Source of the DNA: a virus
DNA length: 36,104 nt
Virus record (IMG/VR): IMGVR_UViG_3300045988_159500
Location: 1-36,104 of that record
Strand: one strand, 5' to 3'
Part shown: positions 8,691 to 16,727 of the stretch, one piece after another
Layout of the letters: the number at the start of each line of letters is the position of its first letter
Numbering within the stretch: position 1 is the stretch's first letter
The notes under the pieces: model-generated
Databases searched by the model: none
What the model was told of the DNA's origin: nothing
Seen by the model: only the letters and a program-made list of their open reading frames with translations
Position numbers and translations under genes: made by a program

Positions 8691-8945
8691 ATGAAAAAAA
8701 TTTATAAATTAATAGATAAAGAATTAAAAATAATGAACAAAGCAAGTGATATAACACGAACTGATTACAAAATATATGATAATCAGATAGAAGTATACTT
8801 ATTTGTTGTTGCTGTAGAAGAATTGATTAACACAGTAGAACATTATAAACAGGAGATAAAAGAATTAAAACAAGATCTAGATGATAATTATATTCACAGA
8901 CCAATGAGTGATTATACAGTAGATAGTTATGATGATAGATATTAA
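8691..8945 (+). CDS. Hypothetical protein
   Basis: 84 aa. Its start is embedded in an exact copy of the 23-mer motif (8674-8696). Confidence 0.45.
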   Translation: MKKIYKLIDKELKIMNKASDITRTDYKIYDNQIEVYLFVVAVEELINTVEHYKQEIKELKQDLDDNYIHRPMSDYTVDSYDDRY

Positions 8946-8960
8946 AGGAGATAAGGAAAA

Positions 8961-9512
8961 ATGACAAAGTTTAAAACAAACGAAGAATACATTTTAAATG
9001 AATTATATAAAACACAAGAAGAATTACAATTAGCAAATAAGAAAATAGAAGAATTACAAGAAAAATCAAATAAAGACAATACTAACGAAGAAAATATGAA
9101 TTGTATATATTTAAGTGATAAACCAAATTATTGGTATTCTTATAGTATTCAAGGCACTTATAATTGGAACAAAATATTAAAAGATAATAAGAAAACACCA
9201 GACTTTGTTGAAAAAGCATTAAGTGATGATAAATTGCTAAAACAATTATGTAAGTTAAAAGAAAATGATAGTTGGAGAAGTGAATTAGGTTGTATTAATG
9301 AGAGAGTGTATAACTATCTATTTAAAGGTAGAAATGGTTTATATTCAGTAATAGAAACTAATAAAGATAGTACTTACATGTATAGCATATCATCAAATGA
9401 TAAACACTTTTTAACTAAAGAAGAGTGTGAAAATGCTTTTAAAGAAGAAATGATTAAAGAAATTAACTATTACTTAAAAAACTATAAAGATAAATTTGAA
9501 GAGGAAAAATAA
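8961..9512 (+). CDS. Hypothetical protein
   Basis: 183 aa with an AAGGAGATAAGG RBS. Confidence 0.5.
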   Translation: MTKFKTNEEYILNELYKTQEELQLANKKIEELQEKSNKDNTNEENMNCIYLSDKPNYWYSYSIQGTYNWNKILKDNKKTPDFVEKALSDDKLLKQLCKLKENDSWRSELGCINERVYNYLFKGRNGLYSVIETNKDSTYMYSISSNDKHFLTKEECENAFKEEMIKEINYYLKNYKDKFEEEK

Positions 9513-9514
9513 TC

Positions 9515-9760
9515 ATGGAATATCCTTATAAAAAAGGTTGGTGGGAAACTAAAGACCATAGAAAAATAAAAATAAGTGATATGAAAACATCACATATTAA
9601 AAATACAATTAAATATTTGCAAAGACATAGAGATTTTTATGATGAATATTTTGAATTTGGTGGTGACTGGGACACTTATGATTATGAAGATAACTCACAT
9701 TTAGTTGATAAAAAAATAGAAGAATTACAATATGAATTAGATATAAGGAAGGAGAAATAA
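9515..9760 (+). CDS. Hypothetical protein
   Basis: 81 aa, tightly packed in the operon. Confidence 0.45.
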   Translation: MEYPYKKGWWETKDHRKIKISDMKTSHIKNTIKYLQRHRDFYDEYFEFGGDWDTYDYEDNSHLVDKKIEELQYELDIRKEK

Positions 9761-9762
9761 GA

Positions 9763-10023
9763 ATGACAAGGAAACAAGCGTTGAATGAAATAGCAAATTT
9801 ATATAATGTTGATATTAATTTATGTACTAGTATTGGAGAACAATATTTAGCAAGAAAACAAAACTCAATAATTGATAAAGTATTTCTTACATATTACTTA
9901 TTATTAGGAGTTTTGTATAAAAATAATGCAAGATTAAAAGATGTTATAAAAATACATTTAATCAATAATACGATATATTTTGATTTAGAAAATATGAAAA
10001 ATTATGAATTATGTGATTTATAA
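9763..10023 (+). CDS. Hypothetical protein
   Basis: 86 aa with a GGAAGGAGAAA RBS. Confidence 0.45.
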   Translation: MTRKQALNEIANLYNVDINLCTSIGEQYLARKQNSIIDKVFLTYYLLLGVLYKNNARLKDVIKIHLINNTIYFDLENMKNYELCDL

Positions 10024-10037
10024 AAGGAGAAATAATT

Positions 10038-10172
10038 ATGAATAAAAGATTAGTATTAAAACTTATAAAAGATATTATTAAACAATATGCTTATGTTAAA
10101 GATTTTAAAAGAGAAGAAAATACTATAACAATTATATTAGAACCTTATGGTCATTATGAAGATACTCTTTAG
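10038..10172 (+). CDS. Small hypothetical protein (44 aa)
   Basis: Strong AAAGGAGAAA RBS 7 nt before the ATG. Not in the ORF track. Confidence 0.4.
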   Translation: MNKRLVLKLIKDIIKQYAYVKDFKREENTITIILEPYGHYEDTL

Positions 10173-10189
10173 AAAGGAGAAATAAGAAT

Positions 10190-10468
10190 ATGAATAAAAC
10201 AAGAACAATAATAATAGATGGAATAGAGATACAAACAAGTTTAACAGGAGTTGAAATAGCAGATTTAGAACAAAAAAATAAAGAATTAATACAACAAATA
10301 AAAACGCAAAAAGAAGTTATTGATAAAGTAACAAATGATTTACAGCAAATTATAGATAATGTAAAAGATAGAACCATTATTTCATTAGGGCAATTTATTC
10401 CTAAACTAGAAATTATACAAGATGAATTAAATGGTTCAAATGATATATTAAAAGAGGTGTCAGAATGA
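10190..10468 (+). CDS. Hypothetical coiled-coil protein
   Basis: 92 aa with an AAGGAGAAA RBS. Confidence 0.5.
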   Translation: MNKTRTIIIDGIEIQTSLTGVEIADLEQKNKELIQQIKTQKEVIDKVTNDLQQIIDNVKDRTIISLGQFIPKLEIIQDELNGSNDILKEVSE

Positions 10469-10794
10469 AATATGAACAAATAAAAAACATTTTAGTAACA
10501 ACTGGTTATACACAACAAGGTTATAAAGACCAAATACTTGAATATATAAATAAATTACAACAAGAAAACAAACAACTAAAAGATAATTGGAATAAGTTAA
10601 AAGAATATGCTAATAAGATGCACGAATATTTTCTATATACAGATGTGAATGAAATTTATAAGCAAAATATGAAAGAAGGTAATCCATTTCCCAATTTATT
10701 TAATTTATCAGAATTAAATGCGAGTGATAAAGTATTAAATTCAATTTGTAAGAAAATTCAAGAACTAGAACAAGGAAGTGATAGTGATGAATAA
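10465..10794 (+). CDS. Hypothetical protein
   Basis: 109 aa, ATGA-coupled to the upstream gene. Confidence 0.5.
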   Translation: MKYEQIKNILVTTGYTQQGYKDQILEYINKLQQENKQLKDNWNKLKEYANKMHEYFLYTDVNEIYKQNMKEGNPFPNLFNLSELNASDKVLNSICKKIQELEQGSDSDE

Positions 10795-11212
10795 AGAAAT
10801 AGTTATTAAGCAAGTAAATCTACAACAAGACAAAATAGATAGACTTATTAATACAATTGAAATGCGTGATAGCACTATTAAATATCAACAAGACCAATAT
10901 TTAAAACTTTTAAGAAAATTAGATAATAAAGAACCTTTTGGGCTTAATTGTTTATTATTTACATATGATGAAATTATTAAAATACTAAAAAGTAATTATC
11001 ATCCTTTAAAAGATTATATTGAAAGATGGTTTGGTACTTATCAGGACTTTGAAGAAAATGAAGGATTATTTTTTGCAGAAGATGGTATTGAAGTAGAAAA
11101 AGATGATTATTGGTTAGTTAATATCAAAACAGATTATGCTTGTAACTTTAAAGATGTTGAAATGTTAAATAGAAAAGTTTATGAGTTAGAGAAAGTAGAG
11201 AGTGATGAGTAA
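10778..11212 (+). CDS. Hypothetical protein
   Basis: 144 aa. Its 3' end (EKVESDE stop) lies in a 29-bp sequence repeated at 12384-12412. Confidence 0.5.
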   Translation: MIVMNKEIVIKQVNLQQDKIDRLINTIEMRDSTIKYQQDQYLKLLRKLDNKEPFGLNCLLFTYDEIIKILKSNYHPLKDYIERWFGTYQDFEENEGLFFAEDGIEVEKDDYWLVNIKTDYACNFKDVEMLNRKVYELEKVESDE

Positions 11213-11524
11213 ATGCTAACATTACCAATTAAAAAGAAATGGTTTGATATGATTTTATCAGGCGAAAAGAAAGAAGAATATAGAGAGATTAAACCTTATT
11301 ATAATTCTCGTTTAGGTGTTAAATTAATATTACAAGAATTGATTAATAGTTCTAACGCCAAATTTATATCAAATATTATGTTTAGAAATGGATATGGTAA
11401 AGATAGACCTACTATTTTATGTGAATGTGAAATTAGTAAAGGATATGGCAAACCTGAATGGGGAGCAGAACCTAACAAGATGTATTATGTATTAAAAATA
11501 TTAAGTGTGGAGGAGATTAATTAA
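11213..11524 (+). CDS. ASCH/PUA-like domain protein
   Basis: N-terminus LPIKKKWFDMILSGEKKEEYRE resembles the ASCH-domain N-terminal strand (L.IKP.YA..ILSGEK..E.R). Confidence 0.45.
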   Translation: MLTLPIKKKWFDMILSGEKKEEYREIKPYYNSRLGVKLILQELINSSNAKFISNIMFRNGYGKDRPTILCECEISKGYGKPEWGAEPNKMYYVLKILSVEEIN

Positions 11525-11917
11525 ATGAGTAAAATGTTATCTAAAATGAATTTAATATCAGTAGTTCAACAATTGCCTAAAGAAGATATAGAAATTATAC
11601 AAGGTTATGTTGAAATGATTGAAAAAGAAAATGAACAACTAAAAGAACAATTGTTAGTATCTCAAACAAATGAAGAAACATTTAGACTAGAAACGGAAAA
11701 TATAACAAAAACACTAGGACTAGATGAGGACACAATATTTGATGATGTTAAAATATATGCAAGAAGTTTAAAAGATAATTGGGATAAGCTAAAAGAAATA
11801 GCAAAAAGTCAAAGTGGGTTTAAGAAACGAGCAGATTTAAAAGGTGGATTATGGTTTGAAGTTGATGAACTATTGGATAAAATGCAAGAATTAGAACAAG
11901 AAAGTGATAACAAATGA
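11525..11917 (+). CDS. Hypothetical coiled-coil protein
   Basis: 130-aa ORF. Confidence 0.5.
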   Translation: MSKMLSKMNLISVVQQLPKEDIEIIQGYVEMIEKENEQLKEQLLVSQTNEETFRLETENITKTLGLDEDTIFDDVKIYARSLKDNWDKLKEIAKSQSGFKKRADLKGGLWFEVDELLDKMQELEQESDNK

Positions 11918-12183
11918 TACAAATAAATTATAAATTACAAGATATTGTTATATGTGCTTTAAGATATGCAATGGGTCGAAAAACATATGTAACCGAAGAA
12001 GTGTGTAGTTACATAAAAGAACATCCAGAATTGATTAATAAAAGAGTTAAAATGGTTATGTTAAGAGACTTAAAAGATATAGATATGTATTATAAGATGA
12101 CGGATATTGATTATAAAATATTTAAAGATTTTCAAAAGTGGTTAGAAGAACTTGAGGAAAGTGATAGTAATGTTAAAGATTAA
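11914..12183 (+). CDS. Hypothetical protein
   Basis: 89 aa, ATGA-coupled. Confidence 0.5.
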   Translation: MIQINYKLQDIVICALRYAMGRKTYVTEEVCSYIKEHPELINKRVKMVMLRDLKDIDMYYKMTDIDYKIFKDFQKWLEELEESDSNVKD

Positions 12184-12411
12184 AGATAACGTAGATTTAA
12201 AAGAAATAGTAAAAAAATATAATTTAGATTATGAAATTATAGATGGTGATTATGAAAGTGTGTTCCAGGAGACATAGAATATTTTGATAAAAGTGAAGTA
12301 TTTATAAGTGAAAATACAAAAAGAATATATGGAATTGATTGCAGTAGTTTAGATTTATTATATGACTTAATAAAAGCCAATCTAGTAGAGAAAGTAGAGA
12401 GTGATGAGTAA
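12170..12411 (+). pseudogene. Frameshifted small gene remnant (two overlapping partial frames)
   Basis: The ATG at 12170 opens a 35-codon frame that stops at 12277. A second frame, open 12256-12411, has no start codon and ends in the same 29-bp junction repeat (..LVEKVESDE stop) as gene 10778-11212. A 1-nt indel near 12255-12275 would fuse the two frames. Confidence 0.35.
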
Positions 12412-12783
12412 ATGACTAGAGAAGATTATATAAACACATTAGAATTAGATAATGCAGAATTAAGAAAAGAAAATCGAGAATTAAAGAAACGACTTGAAGA
12501 AATAAATAAAATGATAGAAAAATGTGGCTTTGTAAATATAGAACAAGTAGCACTTAATTATTGTGGTTTTTTAGTTCAACAAAAAGAGTTTATAAAGTAT
12601 TTAGAAGATAAAATATATAGCATTGAACCTAAAGGAACAGGTATTAATTACAATTGTGAATACGATAGTGAAGAAGATTATGTAAGTGCTATGAAAGAAT
12701 GCTCAAAGTTAAATACTTTAAAAGAAATTTTACAAAAATATAGAGAAATAATAGGAGTATCAGATGAAAATAATATCAAATAA
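12412..12783 (+). CDS. Hypothetical protein
   Basis: 123 aa. Its start immediately follows the second copy of the 29-bp junction repeat. Confidence 0.5.
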   Translation: MTREDYINTLELDNAELRKENRELKKRLEEINKMIEKCGFVNIEQVALNYCGFLVQQKEFIKYLEDKIYSIEPKGTGINYNCEYDSEEDYVSAMKECSKLNTLKEILQKYREIIGVSDENNIK

Positions 12784-12970
12784 AAGATATAAGAAATTAC
12801 TTGATTATGAAAATAAATATCGTTTACTTACTGGGCAAACCGTTACTTTTTGTACAGGAGAGAGAAGTAAATATAAAGCATTATTGAGTATGGAAAAGGA
12901 AGAAATAGTACGTAGATATTTTGATTTATATAGTGCTTATGTAAAATTATTAAGAAATAATAGGAGATGA
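12764..12970 (+). CDS. Hypothetical protein
   Basis: 68 aa with an ATAGGAGTA RBS. Confidence 0.4.
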   Translation: MKIISNKRYKKLLDYENKYRLLTGQTVTFCTGERSKYKALLSMEKEEIVRRYFDLYSAYVKLLRNNRR

Positions 12971-12976
12971 TAAACA

Positions 12977-13600
12977 ATGATAAAAAAAGAAATTTATCCA
13001 AAAACAAAAAGAGTTAGTTGTAAAGGTGATAGAGTTTATCTTACTGAAAAGATAGATGGTAGTAATTTAGTATTTTTTAAGAAAGATGACAAATTATACT
13101 TTGCACAAAGGAACAATATTATTTGCATTGATGAAATTGAAGAACAAAAAGGAATGCTATATAAAGGATTGTATCAATGGCTATTAGACAATAAAGATAT
13201 ATTAGAAACTGAGTTACATAATAATAGTGCAATTTGTGGTGAATGGATAGGAATGGGTTGTCTAAAATATAATGTTGATGAGTTTGATAAAAGATGGTAT
13301 ATGTTTGCAAAAGCAAATATAGATGATAATTATAATTTATATAATTTGATTTATGATCACGAATTATTTATATATCCATTTGTAAGTCAAGAAATACCTA
13401 ATTTTATTGGAATAGTGCCAGAAGTTGCTGAATTAGTTAATTTGCCGAACAAAGAGCAACTAGATGGTATTTATGAAAAGTATACAAACAAAGTAAATAG
13501 AAATGTTGAAGGATTTGTAATTAATTATAAAAATATAATAAGTAAATATGTAAGAATGAAAAATGGTCAATTAAGAGAACATTTTGATAGAGAAAAATAA
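12977..13600 (+). CDS. Minimal ATP-dependent RNA ligase-like nucleotidyltransferase (RNA_ligase/Rnl family)
   Basis: 207 aa. Motif I K-x-D-G-x-N is present as TEKIDGSN. Motif III-like ICGEWIG, motif IV EGFVIN and motif V KYVRMK are all in the canonical order of covalent nucleotidyltransferases. Confidence 0.6.
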   Translation: MIKKEIYPKTKRVSCKGDRVYLTEKIDGSNLVFFKKDDKLYFAQRNNIICIDEIEEQKGMLYKGLYQWLLDNKDILETELHNNSAICGEWIGMGCLKYNVDEFDKRWYMFAKANIDDNYNLYNLIYDHELFIYPFVSQEIPNFIGIVPEVAELVNLPNKEQLDGIYEKYTNKVNRNVEGFVINYKNIISKYVRMKNGQLREHFDREK

Positions 13601-13614
13601 TAGGAGATAAATAA

Positions 13615-14022
13615 ATGAAAGGAATAGAAAGAATAAAAATATTATCATCTGATATAAAAGATGAACAATTAAAATCAATTATTGATTATTTATTATCAAG
13701 AACTGATATGAACGATAAGTACTTAAATGAAGAAAAGAGTTTATCTCAAATGATAAAATTCATAATGAGAGAAGCAAATGAAAAACTAAAAAAAGTATCT
13801 ATAAGTGGTGGTAGTGTAGCATATGCAACTGATGAGATGGTATTTAGTTGGGCAATACATTATTGGGATGAATCTAATTCTAATTTGAACTTAGATAATA
13901 AAAAAGTAGAGAAAGAAGAAAAAGAAACTAATAGTCCGGTTATAAGTGGATCAAATAAACAAAAAACGGACAAAAAAGAAAAGTGGGTATCAGAAGGGCA
14001 ATTAACTTTGTTTGATATGTAA
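13615..14022 (+). CDS. Hypothetical protein with C-terminal QLTLF (beta-clamp-binding-like) motif
   Basis: 135 aa. The C-terminus ...EGQLTLFDM matches the QL[SDT]LF sliding-clamp-binding consensus. Confidence 0.45.
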   Translation: MKGIERIKILSSDIKDEQLKSIIDYLLSRTDMNDKYLNEEKSLSQMIKFIMREANEKLKKVSISGGSVAYATDEMVFSWAIHYWDESNSNLNLDNKKVEKEEKETNSPVISGSNKQKTDKKEKWVSEGQLTLFDM

Positions 14023-15448
14023 TATGTATATTAAAGTAAAAGATAGAAAATTATTTAAAGAATTAGATGAAAATCTTACAATACCTGAAAAATGGCGAGA
14101 ATTTGTAAAAGAAAAAAGTAAAAATCACAATTTAATTTTAAAATCAAAGAACGAGTATTATTGTACATGTTGTAAAACTACATTTAAAGCCGATTATAGC
14201 ATTAATTCGTATTGTAAGTGTAATTATTGTAAAAGAGAATTTTTAGTTAAATCGGCAAGAATTAAGACTTATGCATTTAAAGATTACTTATGTATATTTG
14301 ATAGATATAAAAACTATTATATTGAAAGAGTATTTCAATTAAAAACCGAGTATAACAGTGGTAATTTGAATAGTGAAATATGCGAATTTGGAAGAACAAT
14401 TTATGATGATGCATTTATGCAGGTAGAAAGAATTGTAAATGAAAATTGTGTAAGTACTCCATCTGGGACATGGATAAGAAAGAATAATACAACTTTTGAT
14501 TATAAATGGAGGTATCCATCTTATTACAATCCACTACATTATATAGATGAGTTTATATATTATCCATATAACATAAAGAGTATAATTGGAACAATAGAAA
14601 AATACAAATATAGTCAAATATGGACATTATTAGAACATGTTGACTATTGTGATTTGATTTATTTGTTAAAATGTTATAACCCAAGTGTAGAATTACTAAC
14701 AAAGATGAAAATGTATAATCTAGCATTAAACCCTAAAACTTTTCAAAAAAAGAGGACATTTCGGGACAGGTTTTATGGATTATCAAAAGATTATTTCCCG
14801 TTTATTGTTGAAAACAATTTAACATTAGATGAATTAGAGATATTATCAGTAATTAAAGATAGAAATATCGAAGATATAAGTAAAATAGTAAAATTATATA
14901 ATTATAAAGATTTATCTAAATACATTGATTTACAAAAAGCAATTAAAATAAAAAACTTAAATGCAAATAATACAAGCGAATATTATGATTATTTGAAAAT
15001 GGCTAAAACTTTAGGTTTAGATTTGAAAGATAAGCAAATTGCATATCCAAAAAATATAAAAGAGGCACATGATAAAATATTAGAACAATATAACATAAGT
15101 AAAAATAAAATAATATCTAAGAAAATATTTAAAATCGCTAAAAACATAAAAACAAGTGAATATCAAGATAATAAATATGTAATATTTCCGGCAAAATCGT
15201 ACGAAGATTTAGTTGAAGAATCGAAACAACAAAATAATTGTGTAAGAACTTATGCCGAAAGAATAGTTGAAGGCGAGTGTTATATATACTTTATGAGAAA
15301 ACTATCAGATCTAAATAAATCATTAGTTACAGTAGAAGTTAGAGATAATACAGTAGTTCAAAAAAGAACAAAGAACAATGAGATAACGACTAAAGAACAA
15401 GATAAATTCTTGAAAAAGTGGGAGTTATTAAAACTTAAAAATGGTTAG
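14012..15448 (+). CDS. Large Cys-rich hypothetical protein (possible PcfJ-like)
   Basis: 478 aa. N-terminal zinc-finger-like cluster YYCTCCK...CKCNYCK. The rest is alpha-rich. The ATG at 14024 is an alternative start to the TTG at 14012. Confidence 0.5.
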   Translation: MICNMYIKVKDRKLFKELDENLTIPEKWREFVKEKSKNHNLILKSKNEYYCTCCKTTFKADYSINSYCKCNYCKREFLVKSARIKTYAFKDYLCIFDRYKNYYIERVFQLKTEYNSGNLNSEICEFGRTIYDDAFMQVERIVNENCVSTPSGTWIRKNNTTFDYKWRYPSYYNPLHYIDEFIYYPYNIKSIIGTIEKYKYSQIWTLLEHVDYCDLIYLLKCYNPSVELLTKMKMYNLALNPKTFQKKRTFRDRFYGLSKDYFPFIVENNLTLDELEILSVIKDRNIEDISKIVKLYNYKDLSKYIDLQKAIKIKNLNANNTSEYYDYLKMAKTLGLDLKDKQIAYPKNIKEAHDKILEQYNISKNKIISKKIFKIAKNIKTSEYQDNKYVIFPAKSYEDLVEESKQQNNCVRTYAERIVEGECYIYFMRKLSDLNKSLVTVEVRDNTVVQKRTKNNEITTKEQDKFLKKWELLKLKNG

Positions 15449-15459
15449 GAGGGATTTAG

Positions 15460-15693
15460 TTGAAATCAAAAGATAAAATAATTTTAGAGATGATACACTT
15501 CTTTATAACTGAAATGTGTGAAAATGGAATAAGTACAACCGAAGAAATAAGAGAAAGTTTTTCACATAATGAAGTAAAAGACTTTAAGAATATGATAAAA
15601 AAATATAAAAAGATGCAATCATTAACAAGAAGCAAAGCGGTGAAAAGAGTAGCAGAAATGAAAAGATGTTCACAAATAAAAGTGATATCATGA
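15460..15693 (+). CDS. Hypothetical protein
   Basis: 77 aa with a GGAGGGA RBS. Confidence 0.4.
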   Translation: MKSKDKIILEMIHFFITEMCENGISTTEEIRESFSHNEVKDFKNMIKKYKKMQSLTRSKAVKRVAEMKRCSQIKVIS

Positions 15694-15738
15694 TATCAAA
15701 AGTAAATAAACTAATTTACTTACTAGGAGGATAAAAAA

Positions 15739-16143
15739 GTGGAAGATAAAGAACTAATTACTATAAAAGAATTAAAATATAAAATTAAAGAAATAGAAGA
15801 TGATTTAGAATTATATTTAAAATTAAAACAAATAGAATTTACAAAAACACAGCCACAAGGGACAAGTTATGAAAACGAACGTGTAAATGGGAAGTTTGTT
15901 TTTGATAAATTTACGCACTATGTGATTAAGTCTGAAAAATATGATAGTAAAATTACTGAATTAGTAGATTCACTATTAGCATACGAAAAAAGATTAAACA
16001 AAAAGATAAAGAATATATGTAATGCCGATTTAAAAGCATTTATAACATATTTAAGAGAAGAAGAAAAATATGATTGGGAGAAAATAGCAAGAACAACAAA
16101 CTATTCGTTAAGGCAAGTCAAACGAATTTATGGTGGTAAATAG
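15739..16143 (+). CDS. ArpU/RinA-family phage late transcriptional activator
   Basis: 134 aa. C-terminal sigma-region-4-like HTH (DWEKIARTTNYSLRQVKRIY). Canonical position immediately upstream of the packaging module. Confidence 0.55.
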   Translation: MEDKELITIKELKYKIKEIEDDLELYLKLKQIEFTKTQPQGTSYENERVNGKFVFDKFTHYVIKSEKYDSKITELVDSLLAYEKRLNKKIKNICNADLKAFITYLREEEKYDWEKIARTTNYSLRQVKRIYGGK

Positions 16144-16147
16144 CAAG

Positions 16148-16167
16148 ATGGCACGAAATGGCACGAA
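16148..16167 (+). promoter_or_regulatory. Perfect tandem 10-mer ATGGCACGAA x2, candidate binding site for the late activator
   Basis: Read directly from the sequence. Lies 5 bp upstream of an extended -10 (TGtTATAAT, 16173-16181). Confidence 0.45.
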
Positions 16168-16172
16168 TTAGA

Positions 16173-16181
16173 TGTTATAAT
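16173..16181 (+). promoter_or_regulatory. Extended -10 promoter element (TGtTATAAT), putative late promoter
   Basis: TGnTATAAT match with no good -35. This fits an activator-dependent promoter. Confidence 0.4.
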
Positions 16182-16189
16182 ATGTATAA

Positions 16190-16560
16190 TAAGATAACTA
16201 TATAGAAATCTCATTAACTCACCTTTATAAAATTTTTAAAAGCACTACTTTAATAGTAGTGTACTGATGATATAAAGTCTTAAAGAACCGATGCCTGGTG
16301 TGGTTTAGGGTGCTGGTAAGTATCATTAGTACAGTGCTATTGAAGCACTTGTTTTTGCCATAGGTTTCGCTATGCTTTGTAGGTAGCATATTGAGTAAAT
16401 ATGTAATAAGCGGAGTTCGATTCTCCAAACGACAAGACCGTCCTTGGTGGTTGTATTTACTTGATATGGTGCTTATTATAGGCACAACACTGTAACGTTT
16501 GATTTTAATTGCGTTACTTCCTTTCTAGATATAAGAAGACAATCTAAGCAGGTTGTCTTT
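16190..16560 (+). ncRNA. ORF-free structured leader / candidate non-coding RNA
   Basis: No ORF of 30 codons or more. Hairpins at 16242-16262, 16488-16520 and others. Hairpin 16333-16349 (AGTGCT/AGCACT) followed by TTGTTTTTG. Tight terminator 16532-16560 (AAGACAA/TTGTCTT plus T5). T-arm-like GGAGTTCGATTCTCC at 16412-16426. Confidence 0.3.
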
Positions 16561-16639
16561 TTAATATATAAAAAGTTTTAGTTTTGTGTCATTTTAAATG
16601 GTGAAAAATACAGTGCCTTACAAGGAGTAGTGATATTGA

Positions 16640-16714
16640 TGAAAGTAATTATTTTTATATTAGTAGTAGCATGGGCAATAGCTTCTTTTATTATTGCTAA
16701 CGAGAAAAGATAAA
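16640..16714 (+). CDS. 24-codon hydrophobic peptide (MKVIIFILVVAWAIASFIIANEKR), type-I-toxin-like or small membrane peptide
   Basis: AGGAG lies 11 nt upstream of the ATG, or 8 nt upstream of a TTG at 16637. The peptide has a single TM helix and a charged C-terminal tail. Confidence 0.3.
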
Positions 16715-16727
16715 TTTGATAAATAAA

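Noticed and set aside
16148-16172. TGGCACG ... TGGCA resembles a sigma-54 -24/-12 element (TGGCAC-N5-TTGC)
   Set aside because: The spacing and the -12 TTGC do not fit. The repeat is an exact tandem decamer, which is better explained as an activator binding site, and an extended -10 sigma-A-type element follows.
16405-16440. T-arm-like GGAGTTCGATTCTCC, suggesting a second tRNA or a tmRNA 3' end
   Set aside because: No complementary 5' acceptor strand (GTCGTTT or TGTCGTT) exists within 60-400 nt upstream, and no CCA follows. It is treated as a motif within a larger structured leader, not as a tRNA or tmRNA.
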